Below, piece by piece: positions 28,540 to 38,988 of a stretch of DNA of 64,000 nt; position 1 is the first letter of the stretch, and every line of letters begins with the position of its first letter. The notes beneath the pieces were generated by a model. That model ran no database searches, was not told the origin of the DNA, and saw nothing but the letters and a program-made list of their open reading frames with translations. The stretch lies in IMG/VR virus record IMGVR_UViG_3300037418_000344; one strand, written 5' to 3'. The stretch is from an uncultured virus (IMG/VR IMGVR_UViG_3300037418_000344) (lineage: Duplodnaviria > Heunggongvirae > Uroviricota > Caudoviricetes). The position numbers were made by a program, and so were the translations under genes.

Positions 28540-28909
28540 AGAACAGTCCAAACTCCGCAAGGCACGCGCCGCCTACAATTCGCAGGCGGACGAATATATG
28601 TCGCAATATGGCGTGTGTATGAAGGAGCAAGATACAGTGTCGGCAGAGACGTGCTATTCAAACGCAAAAAATTGCAAAGAACAAGCTGCCGTCTACACAC
28701 CCTACATTCGCAAGTTCAAGAAGAAGATTGCTGCTGTGGAGGAAATTCAGCGGATGCTCAAGGATGAATTGAAGGATCAACAGTCGCTGGAAGCATGGAT
28801 TGTTGAGGACGATGCATTCTGGCTTCAGCAGGCTTATGTTGCACGACAAGAGGGTTATAATGTGACGTATAGCTTTGACGAGGCCGCTAAGCTGTTTGGG
28901 GAGGAGTGA
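28475..28909 (+). CDS. coiled-coil hypothetical protein
   Basis: 144-aa ORF overlapped by the endonuclease 3' end. Confidence 0.65.
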   Translation: MKAQLVQRNIAVLSQVLTGLYEEQSKLRKARAAYNSQADEYMSQYGVCMKEQDTVSAETCYSNAKNCKEQAAVYTPYIRKFKKKIAAVEEIQRMLKDELKDQQSLEAWIVEDDAFWLQQAYVARQEGYNVTYSFDEAAKLFGEE

Positions 28910-29247
28910 TGGACAATTTACATTTCTTTATGTTTAGCAGTGGTGAGTATAGCGATTATTGTGTTGGCGGCATGTATGTGTGCGACCATGTTGTCACTAA
29001 AGATGAGTGGGAGCAGTTTGTGGCAGATAAGCTTGCGAAGCGGCAGAAGGCTCGTGAGGATAGCATGCTTAAATATCGTACACGGGCCGGAGTTAACATC
29101 TTTTATTACGGCGTGCCTGAAGGATGGTATGAGAGTGATGAATACGAAGAATATCACAAATATTGTGATGAAAATTGCATGCGAGATTTGTTCATCAAGG
29201 CGCATAACATGTGTGAAGTGAAATATACGGAATTGTGGGATTATTGA
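28906..29247 (+). CDS. hypothetical protein
   Basis: GGAGG RBS; SSGEYSDY motif. Confidence 0.65.
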   Translation: MMDNLHFFMFSSGEYSDYCVGGMYVCDHVVTKDEWEQFVADKLAKRQKAREDSMLKYRTRAGVNIFYYGVPEGWYESDEYEEYHKYCDENCMRDLFIKAHNMCEVKYTELWDY

Positions 29248-29248
29248 T

Positions 29249-29476
29249 ATGGCAAGCGTACAAGTGACGGCGTGGGATGTTGCCCAAGCAATTGGTTTAT
29301 GCTACGTAGATTCCGAGCGGGATGATGATTATCAAACCACGTACGAATACTATTTCAACGGCAAAGAAATTTTTGTCAAGGAAGATTATTACAATGTGAA
29401 TGATCGTGACACAGCCAATGAGTATGCGGCGAAGAAATTGTTTGAGGGACTGGCTAAGTTGATTGTTATTGATTGA
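29249..29476 (+). CDS. hypothetical protein
   Basis: 75-aa ORF in the operon. Confidence 0.6.
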   Translation: MASVQVTAWDVAQAIGLCYVDSERDDDYQTTYEYYFNGKEIFVKEDYYNVNDRDTANEYAAKKLFEGLAKLIVID

Positions 29477-29485
29477 GGAGGTTGT

Positions 29486-31426
29486 GTGGGGATTTATGCG
29501 GCAGATATTGAAACGACTGGACTTCTGGAGCAAATGCAGAAGCAGGCCAATCCTAAATTGCACAACTTCTGCGCTATTGACATTGATACGCCCCACACGA
29601 TTCTTTTTGAGGGGCATCAGCGCAATGACTTACAGGAGTTTCTGAATCAAGGCCACACGCTTGTGATGCATAATGGCAAGTTGTTCGACATGGAGGCTCT
29701 TAAGCTTCTTGGCTATGATGTATCTCGTGTGAATCTTATCGACACGCTTGCACTAAGCTGGTATCTTGAACCAAATCGAATGAAACATGGCTTGGCAGAG
29801 TATGGCGAAGAGTTTGGCGTACCTAAGCCTGCTATTGAGGATTGGGAGAATCAAACACAAGAGGAATATAACCATCGTGTGCAGGAAGATTGCAAGATTC
29901 AGAAAAAGTTGTGGCAGAGGCAGGTGGCAAAGCTGAATGTGCTGTACGGCACCCAGCCTGATGCGCATAAGAAGATTATTGCGTATCTGATGCAGAAGAT
30001 GGAGGAGTTTCGCCAGCAGCAGCAGAATCGCTGGAAGCTTGATGTAGAAGGGGCGATTGCCCTGCAAGCAGAGCTTGAGAAGGCCATTGAGGAGAAGACT
30101 GAGGCATTGCGACAAGTGATGCCGAAGGTGCCTGAGTATGTTGTGCGCAAGCGACCTACGGCGTGTTTTAAAAAGAATGGCGAGATGTCCGAAGCTGGAA
30201 AACGATGGTTGGAGGTTACAGAACAAGCAGGTCTTCCGTTTGAACACACAGGCGATATCAAAGTTGTCAAAGGGTGGAACATCGGCAACCCAGCTTCACA
30301 CACACAGATCAAAGCTTGGCTGGACAGTTTGGGTTGGGAGCCGATCACCTTTAAATTTGTACGTGGTGAGAATGGTGAGCCGGATAGGAATATTCCTCAG
30401 ATCAACTTGAAAGGCGGCGAAGTTTGCCAAAGCGTGAAAGACTTAATACCTAAGTGTGAAGGTATTGAGCACATTGCTGGTCTTGGAATTCTTAACCATC
30501 GTGTAAGTGTGGTGAAAGGGTTCTTACGGGACCACATTGACGGTGAAGTGACAGCCCGTATGCAAGGGTTCACAAATACTTTGCGCGTTCAACATCGTGA
30601 AATCGTGAATCTACCAAGTTTACGAGTTAAATATGGAGAACAGCTTCGCGGATTGCTGATGGCGCGACCCGGTATGAAGCTACTTGGCTCGGACGAATCA
30701 TCTCTTGAAGACCGCCTCAAGCATCACTTCCAATGGAAGCTTGATCCAGAGTATGTGAAGTCACAGATGACTAAGGGTTTTGATCCGCATAACACAATCG
30801 CAGTGATTGCAGGGCTGATGACTCAAGCTGATGCAGATTGGTATTCTCAGTACAAAGCATTGCCAAAGTCTGAGCACACGGCAGATGGGGATAGGAAGTT
30901 TGAGCGTATTGATGCTGTGCGTGCGGTTGGCAAAAGTACCAACTATGCGTGTCAGTATGGGGCCGGGGCGGCAACCATTGCCCGCACTGCCAAGGTAAGT
31001 ATGGCTGTAGCTAAGAAGTTACATGCCGCATACCACAAGATGAACTGGAGTATCGCTAAGATTGCCAGTATGATGGTTGTGAAGAAGACAGATTTTGGAG
31101 ATTGGCAGCTAAACCCAATCAACAAAATGTGGTACTCACTTCGCTCTGACAAGGACAGGTTTTCTACGCTGATTCAGGGTACTGGGGCTTACACGCTAGA
31201 CCTGTGGCTTTATCACTGCGAGCGTCTTGCAAAACAGCGAGGGCTGCAATGGAAGCTGCTAGGGCAAATGCACGATGAGCTAATCGCAGAGGTGCCAGAG
31301 GGTGAAGAAGATGTTTATCGTCAACTTGTTGCAGATGCTATGGGCAAAGTAAACGATCAACTGAAGCTTAACAGGGAACTTGCGTGCGATATTAATTTTG
31401 GGGAGCGGTATTCGGACATTCACTAA
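29486..31426 (+). CDS. DNA polymerase, family A, with 3'-5' exonuclease
   Basis: Exo I DIETTG; motif A GSDESSLEDR; motif B RAVGKSTNYACQYG; motif C MHDE. Confidence 0.95.
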   Translation: MGIYAADIETTGLLEQMQKQANPKLHNFCAIDIDTPHTILFEGHQRNDLQEFLNQGHTLVMHNGKLFDMEALKLLGYDVSRVNLIDTLALSWYLEPNRMKHGLAEYGEEFGVPKPAIEDWENQTQEEYNHRVQEDCKIQKKLWQRQVAKLNVLYGTQPDAHKKIIAYLMQKMEEFRQQQQNRWKLDVEGAIALQAELEKAIEEKTEALRQVMPKVPEYVVRKRPTACFKKNGEMSEAGKRWLEVTEQAGLPFEHTGDIKVVKGWNIGNPASHTQIKAWLDSLGWEPITFKFVRGENGEPDRNIPQINLKGGEVCQSVKDLIPKCEGIEHIAGLGILNHRVSVVKGFLRDHIDGEVTARMQGFTNTLRVQHREIVNLPSLRVKYGEQLRGLLMARPGMKLLGSDESSLEDRLKHHFQWKLDPEYVKSQMTKGFDPHNTIAVIAGLMTQADADWYSQYKALPKSEHTADGDRKFERIDAVRAVGKSTNYACQYGAGAATIARTAKVSMAVAKKLHAAYHKMNWSIAKIASMMVVKKTDFGDWQLNPINKMWYSLRSDKDRFSTLIQGTGAYTLDLWLYHCERLAKQRGLQWKLLGQMHDELIAEVPEGEEDVYRQLVADAMGKVNDQLKLNRELACDINFGERYSDIH

Positions 31427-31450
31427 TAATCTTATTAGTCTAGGGCAAAT

Positions 31451-31479
31451 TTGACACAGACGAACTAACGTGGTACACT
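31451..31479 (+). promoter_or_regulatory. sigma70-type promoter of the HNH gene
   Basis: TTGACA-17-TACACT. Confidence 0.75.
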
Positions 31480-31500
31480 TAAGATTTATAGGAGATGTAA

Positions 31501-32337
31501 ATGGAAGAAATCTGGAAAGATGTGTACCATGAAGGTGTGTATGTTGGTAAGAAGATTAGCAGTCTTGGTAGATTGATGGGGGATAACGGCCTCATTTATG
31601 CGCAAGCAGATAATGGCGCAGGCTATAAATTTTACAACATTCTCCACTTTAGAAATGAAGAAGGTAAGAGTCGATCCGTTCGCAGGTATGTACACCGCTT
31701 GGTTGCAGAGTACTTTATCGACAACCCTGATAGTTTACCTCAAGTAAACCATACCGACGGTGATAAAAGCAATAACCGGGTTGACAACTTAGAGTGGACT
31801 AGTGGTAGCCAAAACATTCGGCTGGCACACAAAGCTGGACAAATGCGAAACAGGACTGATGCTGGAGATGTTGATATTCTGACAGTCGAACAAGTGATTG
31901 ACCTGTACACTGCCATTAAGAGGGATAAGGTTGGTATCTCTGCAAAAGCAAGAGAATTAGGCATTCCAAGGACAACAGCCAGCAGTATTGTCAACAAGCG
32001 CAGTCGCAGTTATATAACTGATGCTATTGATGACTATCTGCTAACGGATAATGTTGTGTATGATAGAAATCTTACGCGAGAAGATTTAGGCTTTGGGGCC
32101 AACCAAAATTTGTACAGAATTCATGAGAAACCTCGTTCAGACAGCAGTTCTGGTATTATCGGAGTTTACACCTACATTGCAGAAGACAAATACCCAATGT
32201 GGTATTGCGTTTGGCCGCTTGGCAATGGTAAAATGGGCAGCAAGCATTTTAGCGTAGGTAAATTCGGAGATGAAGGTGCAAAGCAAAAAGCCATTTCATA
32301 CCGAGAAGAGATGATGAAGCAAGTATCACAACACTAA
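31501..32337 (+). CDS. HNH homing endonuclease (NUMOD4-like, HNH, HTH, AP2-like)
   Basis: EEIWKDV..ISSLGR; VHRLVA..VNHTDGDKSNNRVDNLEW; SGIIGV..KHFSVGKFG..A..YR. Confidence 0.85.
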   Translation: MEEIWKDVYHEGVYVGKKISSLGRLMGDNGLIYAQADNGAGYKFYNILHFRNEEGKSRSVRRYVHRLVAEYFIDNPDSLPQVNHTDGDKSNNRVDNLEWTSGSQNIRLAHKAGQMRNRTDAGDVDILTVEQVIDLYTAIKRDKVGISAKARELGIPRTTASSIVNKRSRSYITDAIDDYLLTDNVVYDRNLTREDLGFGANQNLYRIHEKPRSDSSSGIIGVYTYIAEDKYPMWYCVWPLGNGKMGSKHFSVGKFGDEGAKQKAISYREEMMKQVSQH

Positions 32338-32810
32338 CAAGGACAACACAGCAATGCGCAGTAAAAATGGTAGCAGATTCTACTACGAGGGCCGTGCAGC
32401 GTACGCCCTCGGCATCACGAACAACCCGCACACTAATGGAGATTGCGACAGTGCAGGAGACGACTGGCAGGAGGGCTTCGACGACGCAGAACAAGAAGCC
32501 CTCGACTACGAATACGTCACGAACGTACGGGGCAGGTATGCGCAACAATTTTACGAATAATCGTGACGTAGCGTGGAATGGAAGTAGTTGGCAAGTTATA
32601 CCTTATCGCTTTTTCACAGAGGAGGAATAATGAAACTTGAAATCACTATGGCAGAACTTTTGAAAGACTTGCAGGAGTACACGGATTTGCTGCAATATTT
32701 AACGTTCTTCCGAGAGTATTGCATTGAAACGTACGACGTTGACCCTAACGATGACTTCGGGCTGAACTACGAGTACACTGAGAAGTTTGGCAAAGAGCCT
32801 CCGGAAGTCA

Positions 32811-33200
32811 ATGGTTAAGCGTGTAAAACCCTCTAACCAGATCCGTGCCACAACAAGGGAGGCTTCTGACGAGGACTATAAGATTCTTGCTGCTGCTGTT
32901 GTAGAGGCCATCACATTGAAGAGGAAGGATGTGCACATTCGCTTTCCTTACTTCGTGAGCTTGCCAGATGATTTCCCAAAAGGCTTGCTCTACAAAAAGG
33001 ATGGACGCTACAATTGGTATCGCGCCAAGGCGTTCAAGATGATGGATTGGCTCTACAAGCACGGGCACGCAACACAAGATGCAAAGGGTGTTGTAAAAAG
33101 TCTACGCTCTGTTAACAATCTTATCGGAGAGATTGATAGGATGCTTGTAAATCCTGAGAAAACAGTGTACAATGACGTTTTAGTTGAGGAGGATGCATGA
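32811..33200 (+). CDS. hypothetical protein
   Basis: 129-aa ORF in the operon. Confidence 0.6.
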   Translation: MVKRVKPSNQIRATTREASDEDYKILAAAVVEAITLKRKDVHIRFPYFVSLPDDFPKGLLYKKDGRYNWYRAKAFKMMDWLYKHGHATQDAKGVVKSLRSVNNLIGEIDRMLVNPEKTVYNDVLVEEDA

Positions 33201-33599
33201 CCAAAGAAGAAATTCAGGCTCGTATCGACGTTCTCTGTGATGAGATGGATGCCAACGAAGAAGAGAATCGTACGATGCAGAGCGAAGTGGATCAACTGTA
33301 CAAGATGCTAGATAAAATGTATGAATTGGAGAACGAAGATGCCTAAGCAAGTGTGGCAAACTGAAGATGGAAATATCTTTCAAAGTGAGCAAGAGGCTGT
33401 AAACTGGGAAGACCACGTCAAGCACGTGGACGATATTGCGCAATACTTATACAACTCTACAGTCGGACTTTACGTTAATGATTGTAACGAAGCTGCTAGG
33501 GTGCTTTTAGAAAAATACACGGTAACACTAAAATGAATGAGCTAGCCTACAAATGGATGCTCATCAAAATTGGCTTAATTCTTATGTGGGAGGACATTC

Positions 33600-33863
33600 T
33601 TGAGTTATTCCGATCAAAGTAAACAGTTTTCTCCAAGTTTCTTCACTCGTAAAATCGTTTTACGTGGAGTTGAACTCGAAGTAGAATTCAGGTTCTACCA
33701 AGCCATTCCTTCAACGGCAGATGAGCCTGAATCCCCAGAGGAAGTGATTATCGAAGCAGTGTATGTCGATGATATTGAAATCAGCAATCTTATTGGCACG
33801 AAAGCTTGGGATGAGATTGAAGCTGAAATTTTGAAACTTTATGATAGTAAGGAGGAAGTATGA
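33600..33863 (+). CDS. acidic hypothetical protein
   Basis: TTG start after GGAGG RBS. Confidence 0.6.
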   Translation: MSYSDQSKQFSPSFFTRKIVLRGVELEVEFRFYQAIPSTADEPESPEEVIIEAVYVDDIEISNLIGTKAWDEIEAEILKLYDSKEEV

Positions 33864-34177
33864 AAGTTGATGTGCTGAAGAAATCCAAGGATGAGTCGCT
33901 TACGACACTTGTAGGCCAAGTTTTGTTGGTTCTTGGCTCCAGTGTTTACAAAGCTTGGGTGGTAACTGTTTTGTGGGCATGGTTTGTTGTATCAATCTTC
34001 GGTGCACCTCCGCTCGGGATTGCCGCTGCAATGGGATTGACGCTGTTGGCACGATTTATGGGTGTTCCTAGCGTTGATTTCAAGGTGCTTGACACTGTTG
34101 GAGAATATGTTGCTGCATCCGTAATCCTGTCTACGGTTGTTCTGGCTGCTGGATATATTGTGCATATTTGTGTGTGA
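33860..34177 (+). CDS. membrane protein
   Basis: About 3 hydrophobic segments; AAGGAGG RBS. Confidence 0.7.
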   Translation: MKVDVLKKSKDESLTTLVGQVLLVLGSSVYKAWVVTVLWAWFVVSIFGAPPLGIAAAMGLTLLARFMGVPSVDFKVLDTVGEYVAASVILSTVVLAAGYIVHICV

Positions 34178-34186
34178 GGTGGAATA

Positions 34187-34396
34187 ATGCTATTGATCTA
34201 TTTGTTGTTTTCAATGTTCTGTGTATTTACATACTGTCTCGCAAGTAAGAAGGTTGATGAACAAGATGTTACTATCGGTCTGATGGCTGGTTATGTCATC
34301 CTGAGCTTAATTCCTATTTTGAATATCGTGTCAGTTTTGTATTGTTTGTTCTACACTGCACACCACACGGGGTTCTGGAATAAAAAGTTGTTCTGA
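34187..34396 (+). CDS. small membrane protein
   Basis: Two hydrophobic segments. Confidence 0.65.
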   Translation: MLLIYLLFSMFCVFTYCLASKKVDEQDVTIGLMAGYVILSLIPILNIVSVLYCLFYTAHHTGFWNKKLF

Positions 34397-34489
34397 TGCG
34401 TCCTGCATTCTCAGGACAAAGCCTGCGCTGGCTCTAGCGCTTAAGAGTGTGCTTGCGCACAACAATTTAATCTAAAGGAAATATAATTT

Positions 34490-35530
34490 ATGAAGCCTCG
34501 CAATATCAACGCCCCTGCACGTAACGAAAACACTGAACAGAAAGCATTCGTACCGATCATCCCTGAAGAAGGTTTGGTTCCTGTTCAAGTGGGTCTGCTG
34601 GTTGACCTCGGAAGCCATAAGAAGCTGCCGAAGTTTGCCAAGGATAATGCAGGTAAGCGTGAGCAAGATAAGGTGACGGGAGAGGATAAAATCCTGTGGC
34701 CTAAAGATGATGCTGTTGAGCAAAAGATCGCTTGCTACATTGATCTGTTGGACCAAACTCATGATTATGAAGGTGACATTGGTGTGAAGAACATTCGTCT
34801 GCCTCTGCACCCTGTAACTCGTGGCATGTCTGAAGGTCTGAATTTCACCACTGTTGCTCCTCGTGACCCTGATGGCAATTACATCAAAGGTCGTCCGTGG
34901 CTTCTGGCGAGTACGTCTAACTTCTACAAGATTGCTGGTGTGACTAAGTATGAAGATGGTACGAAGGTTAGTGATGTTATCTTCAAGCCGGACTACAAGA
35001 ATCCTAAGCTGAATGACATTTCGCAACTGCTGGCGAAGCCGTTCATGTTCAATCTGGAAGTGAAGGTACAAGAGAAGGACGATAAGAAGTTTGTCAACAC
35101 CAAGCTCAAAAGTCCCGTGCCCCTCATGAAAGGTATGAAGCCTGAGCCTGCTATTATGCCCGCCGTGTCCGTCGGCTTTGATGATGGTGATCTGCTTGAA
35201 GAGAAAGAAGAACTTGGTGGCCTTGCTAAGTTTGATCTGCTCCGCATTGCCGATCTGCGTAAGATTGTTCTGGCTGAAGAGTATGTTGGCTCTAAAATGC
35301 AAGAAGCTGTTGTAGATCGTAACGGTGCAGACGGTGAGAAGGAAATCATCGCCAAGGCCAAAGAGATTGCAGAGAAGATCGTTGAAGGTGACAAAGAACT
35401 CCAAGAGATTCGTGCCAAGTTCCCGAATGGTAAGCCGGGGGATGGTGAAGCTGCCGCCCCTGTGGCACAGCCGAAGTCTCCTAACAAGCCCGCTCCGAAT
35501 TTTGACGATCTGGAAGATACGCCTTTCTAG
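34490..35530 (+). CDS. putative single-stranded DNA-binding protein
   Basis: Replication context; flexible linker and acidic tail FDDLEDTPF. Confidence 0.6.
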   Translation: MKPRNINAPARNENTEQKAFVPIIPEEGLVPVQVGLLVDLGSHKKLPKFAKDNAGKREQDKVTGEDKILWPKDDAVEQKIACYIDLLDQTHDYEGDIGVKNIRLPLHPVTRGMSEGLNFTTVAPRDPDGNYIKGRPWLLASTSNFYKIAGVTKYEDGTKVSDVIFKPDYKNPKLNDISQLLAKPFMFNLEVKVQEKDDKKFVNTKLKSPVPLMKGMKPEPAIMPAVSVGFDDGDLLEEKEELGGLAKFDLLRIADLRKIVLAEEYVGSKMQEAVVDRNGADGEKEIIAKAKEIAEKIVEGDKELQEIRAKFPNGKPGDGEAAAPVAQPKSPNKPAPNFDDLEDTPF

Positions 35531-35537
35531 GATGTAG

Positions 35538-36071
35538 ATGGAGACGCTAGTAAATAAGGTGTGCTTTAAGTGCGGGGAGATTAAACCTCTCTCCGACTAC
35601 TATAAGCATCCAGAGATGGCTGATGGTCACGTCAACAAATGTAAAGAGTGTAACAAGCTTGATGTTCGCACAAACCGAAAGAAGCGCGAAGAGTATTACA
35701 ACGCTTATGATAGATTGCGTAGCACAGAACCCGAACGCAAGCAGCAAAAGAAGTTGAGGGAATCCAAACCCGAAGTTAGGGCAAAGATTGCTGAATACAG
35801 AAAAAGTTACACCTACGACAAAGCGAGGAAAGCTGCGACCACGGCAGTTAATAATGCAGTACGGGATGGCAAATTATCCAAGCTGCCCTGTTGGGTTTGC
35901 GGCACGACGGAAAATGTCGAAGGTCATCACGTTCATTATGACATGCCGCTTGACGTGATTTGGCTCTGTACAAAACATCATGCGGAAGTGCATCGTGAGC
36001 ACGACCACGAGCAAGATCGTTTGACACTAAAAGCAACAGAGAAAGGCAGTCGTTGGAAGCAAGACGACTAA
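35538..36071 (+). CDS. HNH-type endonuclease
   Basis: CFKC..K.LSDYY..CKEC; CWVCG...EGHHVHY..PLDVIWLC.KHH. Confidence 0.75.
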   Translation: METLVNKVCFKCGEIKPLSDYYKHPEMADGHVNKCKECNKLDVRTNRKKREEYYNAYDRLRSTEPERKQQKKLRESKPEVRAKIAEYRKSYTYDKARKAATTAVNNAVRDGKLSKLPCWVCGTTENVEGHHVHYDMPLDVIWLCTKHHAEVHREHDHEQDRLTLKATEKGSRWKQDD

Positions 36072-36076
36072 CACAA

Positions 36077-36109
36077 GCCCTGCTCCGTCAGGAGTGGGGC
36101 ATTTTTATT
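36077..36109 (+). terminator. intrinsic terminator
   Basis: GCCCTGCTCC-GTCA-GGAGTGGGGC-ATTTTT. Confidence 0.75.
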
Positions 36110-36123
36110 AAGGAGGAAACTTA

Positions 36124-36891
36124 ATGCAGCATGCGAAAGAATTGCAACAAATCAAACAGGCAGCATCTCATTTCATGCCGAAAGGTGCTTTTATTGCAGG
36201 CGGAGCACTGACCTCTGCTTTCACGGGCCAGCCGATTAATGATGTAGATTTCTATTTCAAAACCAAAGAAGATTTTATCAATGCTGTGGCAAACGCATAC
36301 GATGATAGTCTGTGGTGTGTCTCTGCAACAGATCGTGCTGTGACGTTTGTGAGCGGCAGTTACGTTATCCAGCTTATGCACTTTGATTTCTTCCCTACTG
36401 CTGAAGCTGTGTTCGGTGCATTCGATTACACTGCTGTGATGGGGGCATACGACATTGACAAAGAAGATTTTGTGTTTCACGAAGACTTCTTCAAACACAA
36501 TTCGCAACGCTTCCTACGATTCCACAGCGGCACGCGATACCCCTATGGCTCGTTGATGCGTGTGCTCAAGTATCAAGACCGAGGCTATAAGATTGGTAAA
36601 AGTGATCTGCTTCGTATTGGTCTTGCTTGCCAGAAGATTGAACTCAACTCGTGGGATGATCTGGCTAAAGCGATTGGTGGACAGTACGGCGAGAAGGCTG
36701 CTATTGAGACAGATAAAGAATTCTCCCTCGACAATGCACTTGATTTGTTCAAAGATGCTGAGATCACTACGCCAGAGGCTGCTAAGTCCATGCCTGACAA
36801 TGCGTATGAATTGTTGAAGAGTGTTGGTATCGAACACGAAGAGTGGAAGAACGAAGAGAAGCCGTTTGGACCTAAGAGCTATTGGGGTTGA
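36124..36891 (+). CDS. nucleotidyltransferase, tRNA-NTase/poly(A) polymerase head-like
   Basis: FIAGGA...INDVDFYF...FDYT...R..KY..RGY. Confidence 0.7.
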   Translation: MQHAKELQQIKQAASHFMPKGAFIAGGALTSAFTGQPINDVDFYFKTKEDFINAVANAYDDSLWCVSATDRAVTFVSGSYVIQLMHFDFFPTAEAVFGAFDYTAVMGAYDIDKEDFVFHEDFFKHNSQRFLRFHSGTRYPYGSLMRVLKYQDRGYKIGKSDLLRIGLACQKIELNSWDDLAKAIGGQYGEKAAIETDKEFSLDNALDLFKDAEITTPEAAKSMPDNAYELLKSVGIEHEEWKNEEKPFGPKSYWG

Positions 36892-36892
36892 T

Positions 36893-37849
36893 ATGACAGA
36901 ACGACTCGCAGTAGTTGATGGCGATCTGCTCGCGTACCGTTGTGCAGCCGCCACGGAGAAGCGAAGTGTAATCGCAACACACAAAGAAAATCTTACAGAG
37001 CTTGAGTTCGACACTGTTACACTATTCAAGGAATGGGCAGGCAGCGAAGCTGGGGATTACGATCTTAAGCCTGTACAAACGCCTGAACCAATTGCCAACA
37101 CCATCTATGCAATGAAGCAAATGCTTAAGATGATTTTGGATAAGACTAAATGTACCGCTTATCACATCGTTGTATCAGGCCCGAGTGATGGCAACTTTAG
37201 GAAGCATCTGCCCTTACCTACACAGTACAAAGATAATCGGACTAACATTTCTAAGCCAATTAATCTTGAAGAGGCTAAGCAGTACCTTGTCGATAAGCAC
37301 AATGCTGAGGTGGCTGTAGGTGAAGCAGATGATCTGATCGCCGCCTACAAATATCAAGGCTATCGTAAGAAAGAATATGTAGTGTCCGTAACAATCGATA
37401 AGGACGATAACGCCACTCCCGGCTGGCAATTTAACTGGCTGCACATGGAAGAACCTGAGTTTGTAGATGGCTTCGGTAAGCTGTACCTCAACGACAAGGA
37501 AGAAGTGAAGGGATACGGCAGGGTGTTTGCCTATTTCCAAATGCTGTTCGGTGATCCAGCAGATTGCTATAAGCCGTCCGAGATTGCTAAGAAAAAGTTT
37601 GGCGAGAAGGGTGCGTATAAGCTTCTTAAGGATTGTACTACAGATAAAGAAGCTGTACAGGCTGTTGTAAATCAATATCGAAAGTGGTATGCTGAAGAAA
37701 TCTACTACACAGCATGGGACGGCTCACGGCACAAGGTAGATTGGCTCACCATTTGGCAGATGTACGCTGATTGTGTGCACATGCGCAGATGGGAAGGGGA
37801 TAGGTTGGATGTGAAGAAGTTATGCGAAAAATTGGAGATTGAATTATGA
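36893..37849 (+). CDS. 5'-3' exonuclease (T7 gp6/FEN-like)
   Basis: VDGDLLAYR, NFR..YKDNR, EADD, DKD, GDPAD. Confidence 0.85.
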   Translation: MTERLAVVDGDLLAYRCAAATEKRSVIATHKENLTELEFDTVTLFKEWAGSEAGDYDLKPVQTPEPIANTIYAMKQMLKMILDKTKCTAYHIVVSGPSDGNFRKHLPLPTQYKDNRTNISKPINLEEAKQYLVDKHNAEVAVGEADDLIAAYKYQGYRKKEYVVSVTIDKDDNATPGWQFNWLHMEEPEFVDGFGKLYLNDKEEVKGYGRVFAYFQMLFGDPADCYKPSEIAKKKFGEKGAYKLLKDCTTDKEAVQAVVNQYRKWYAEEIYYTAWDGSRHKVDWLTIWQMYADCVHMRRWEGDRLDVKKLCEKLEIEL

Positions 37850-38231
37850 ACAAGAAAATCACTATCGTAACGAACGAAGACGATTGGGAGGGTTTGTACG
37901 TTGACGGGCTGCTTGCTGTGCAAGGGGATAGGCTTCGTGTGCAAGATGTTTTGGCGGCTGTTGGGATTTTTCCAGACACGCTTGTTTGTGACTACGATTG
38001 GTTGTCAGATCAAGGATACTTACCTGTTAGCTTAGATGAGGTGGTGCAAGATGATTGAGCAAAAATCTTTCCCGGTGCGATACATGGCAATTCACACGTG
38101 GTATGGTTGGAAGGTGATCGATACACGGTCATCAAGACAGCGAGTTGTGCGCAGATTTTTAGGTGGCTTTAGTGGCCTTAAGATTCTTGACGTGTACAAC
38201 TATGTCCGCAACAAGAACGAAGCGGAGGGAT

Positions 38232-38798
38232 ATGTCTACAGACCGTAAACCTTGGCTGTGCGAAGGAAGCCCGTGGAAGACTGAGGCGGCATTCATGAAC
38301 TGGATTCGTGGTGTACTTCGCAAAGGGTGGAAAGTTCATCCCATAAAAATTGAATTTATCAATAGGTTTCGTAAGCGCATTAAGAACCCTAACGTTAAGA
38401 GCGCTAAGCGTTTTCCTGAATGTTGGGGGATGACTTGCGATATCTGTAAGGTGGATACTGTACAAGCAGACATTCAAATCGATCATCGTGGAGACTCGGG
38501 CACCTTTACAAAATTCTCCGATGCAGAAGAATATATGAAGCACCTGTTCCTGATTGACTATGATTCAATTCGTCCGCTTTGTACTGCGTGTCACTCTGTC
38601 GTCAGCCACGCTCAAAACACAAGTATGACATTTGAACAAGCTAAGATTGACAAGCAAGTCATCGCCCTCATGAAAGACAAGAAAAAAGTTCTTGATATCA
38701 CTAATCAATGCGGGTATAATTGTAAAAATGATGTGCAGAGGCGAGAAGCTTTAACGGAGATTCTTACAGCACATCCCAATATTCTTGAGGAGAAATGA
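38232..38798 (+). CDS. HNH-type endonuclease, possible resolvase
   Basis: CDIC...IQIDH...LCTACH. Confidence 0.7.
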   Translation: MSTDRKPWLCEGSPWKTEAAFMNWIRGVLRKGWKVHPIKIEFINRFRKRIKNPNVKSAKRFPECWGMTCDICKVDTVQADIQIDHRGDSGTFTKFSDAEEYMKHLFLIDYDSIRPLCTACHSVVSHAQNTSMTFEQAKIDKQVIALMKDKKKVLDITNQCGYNCKNDVQRREALTEILTAHPNILEEK

Positions 38799-38988
38799 TG
38801 GCTGAACAATTTCCACTTATCAATAGTGATCAAGGTTGTGTTCAGGTGTATTACTACGGACAGAATACAAGTGTAATATGGGTGTCTGATGCAGATAGGG
38901 ACACTGCACAATTTTACGAAGATGACTTGTTGGATTTGATTTCAAAATTACAGCAGGCTTACGCTTATATTCAACAACAAAAGGAGAA

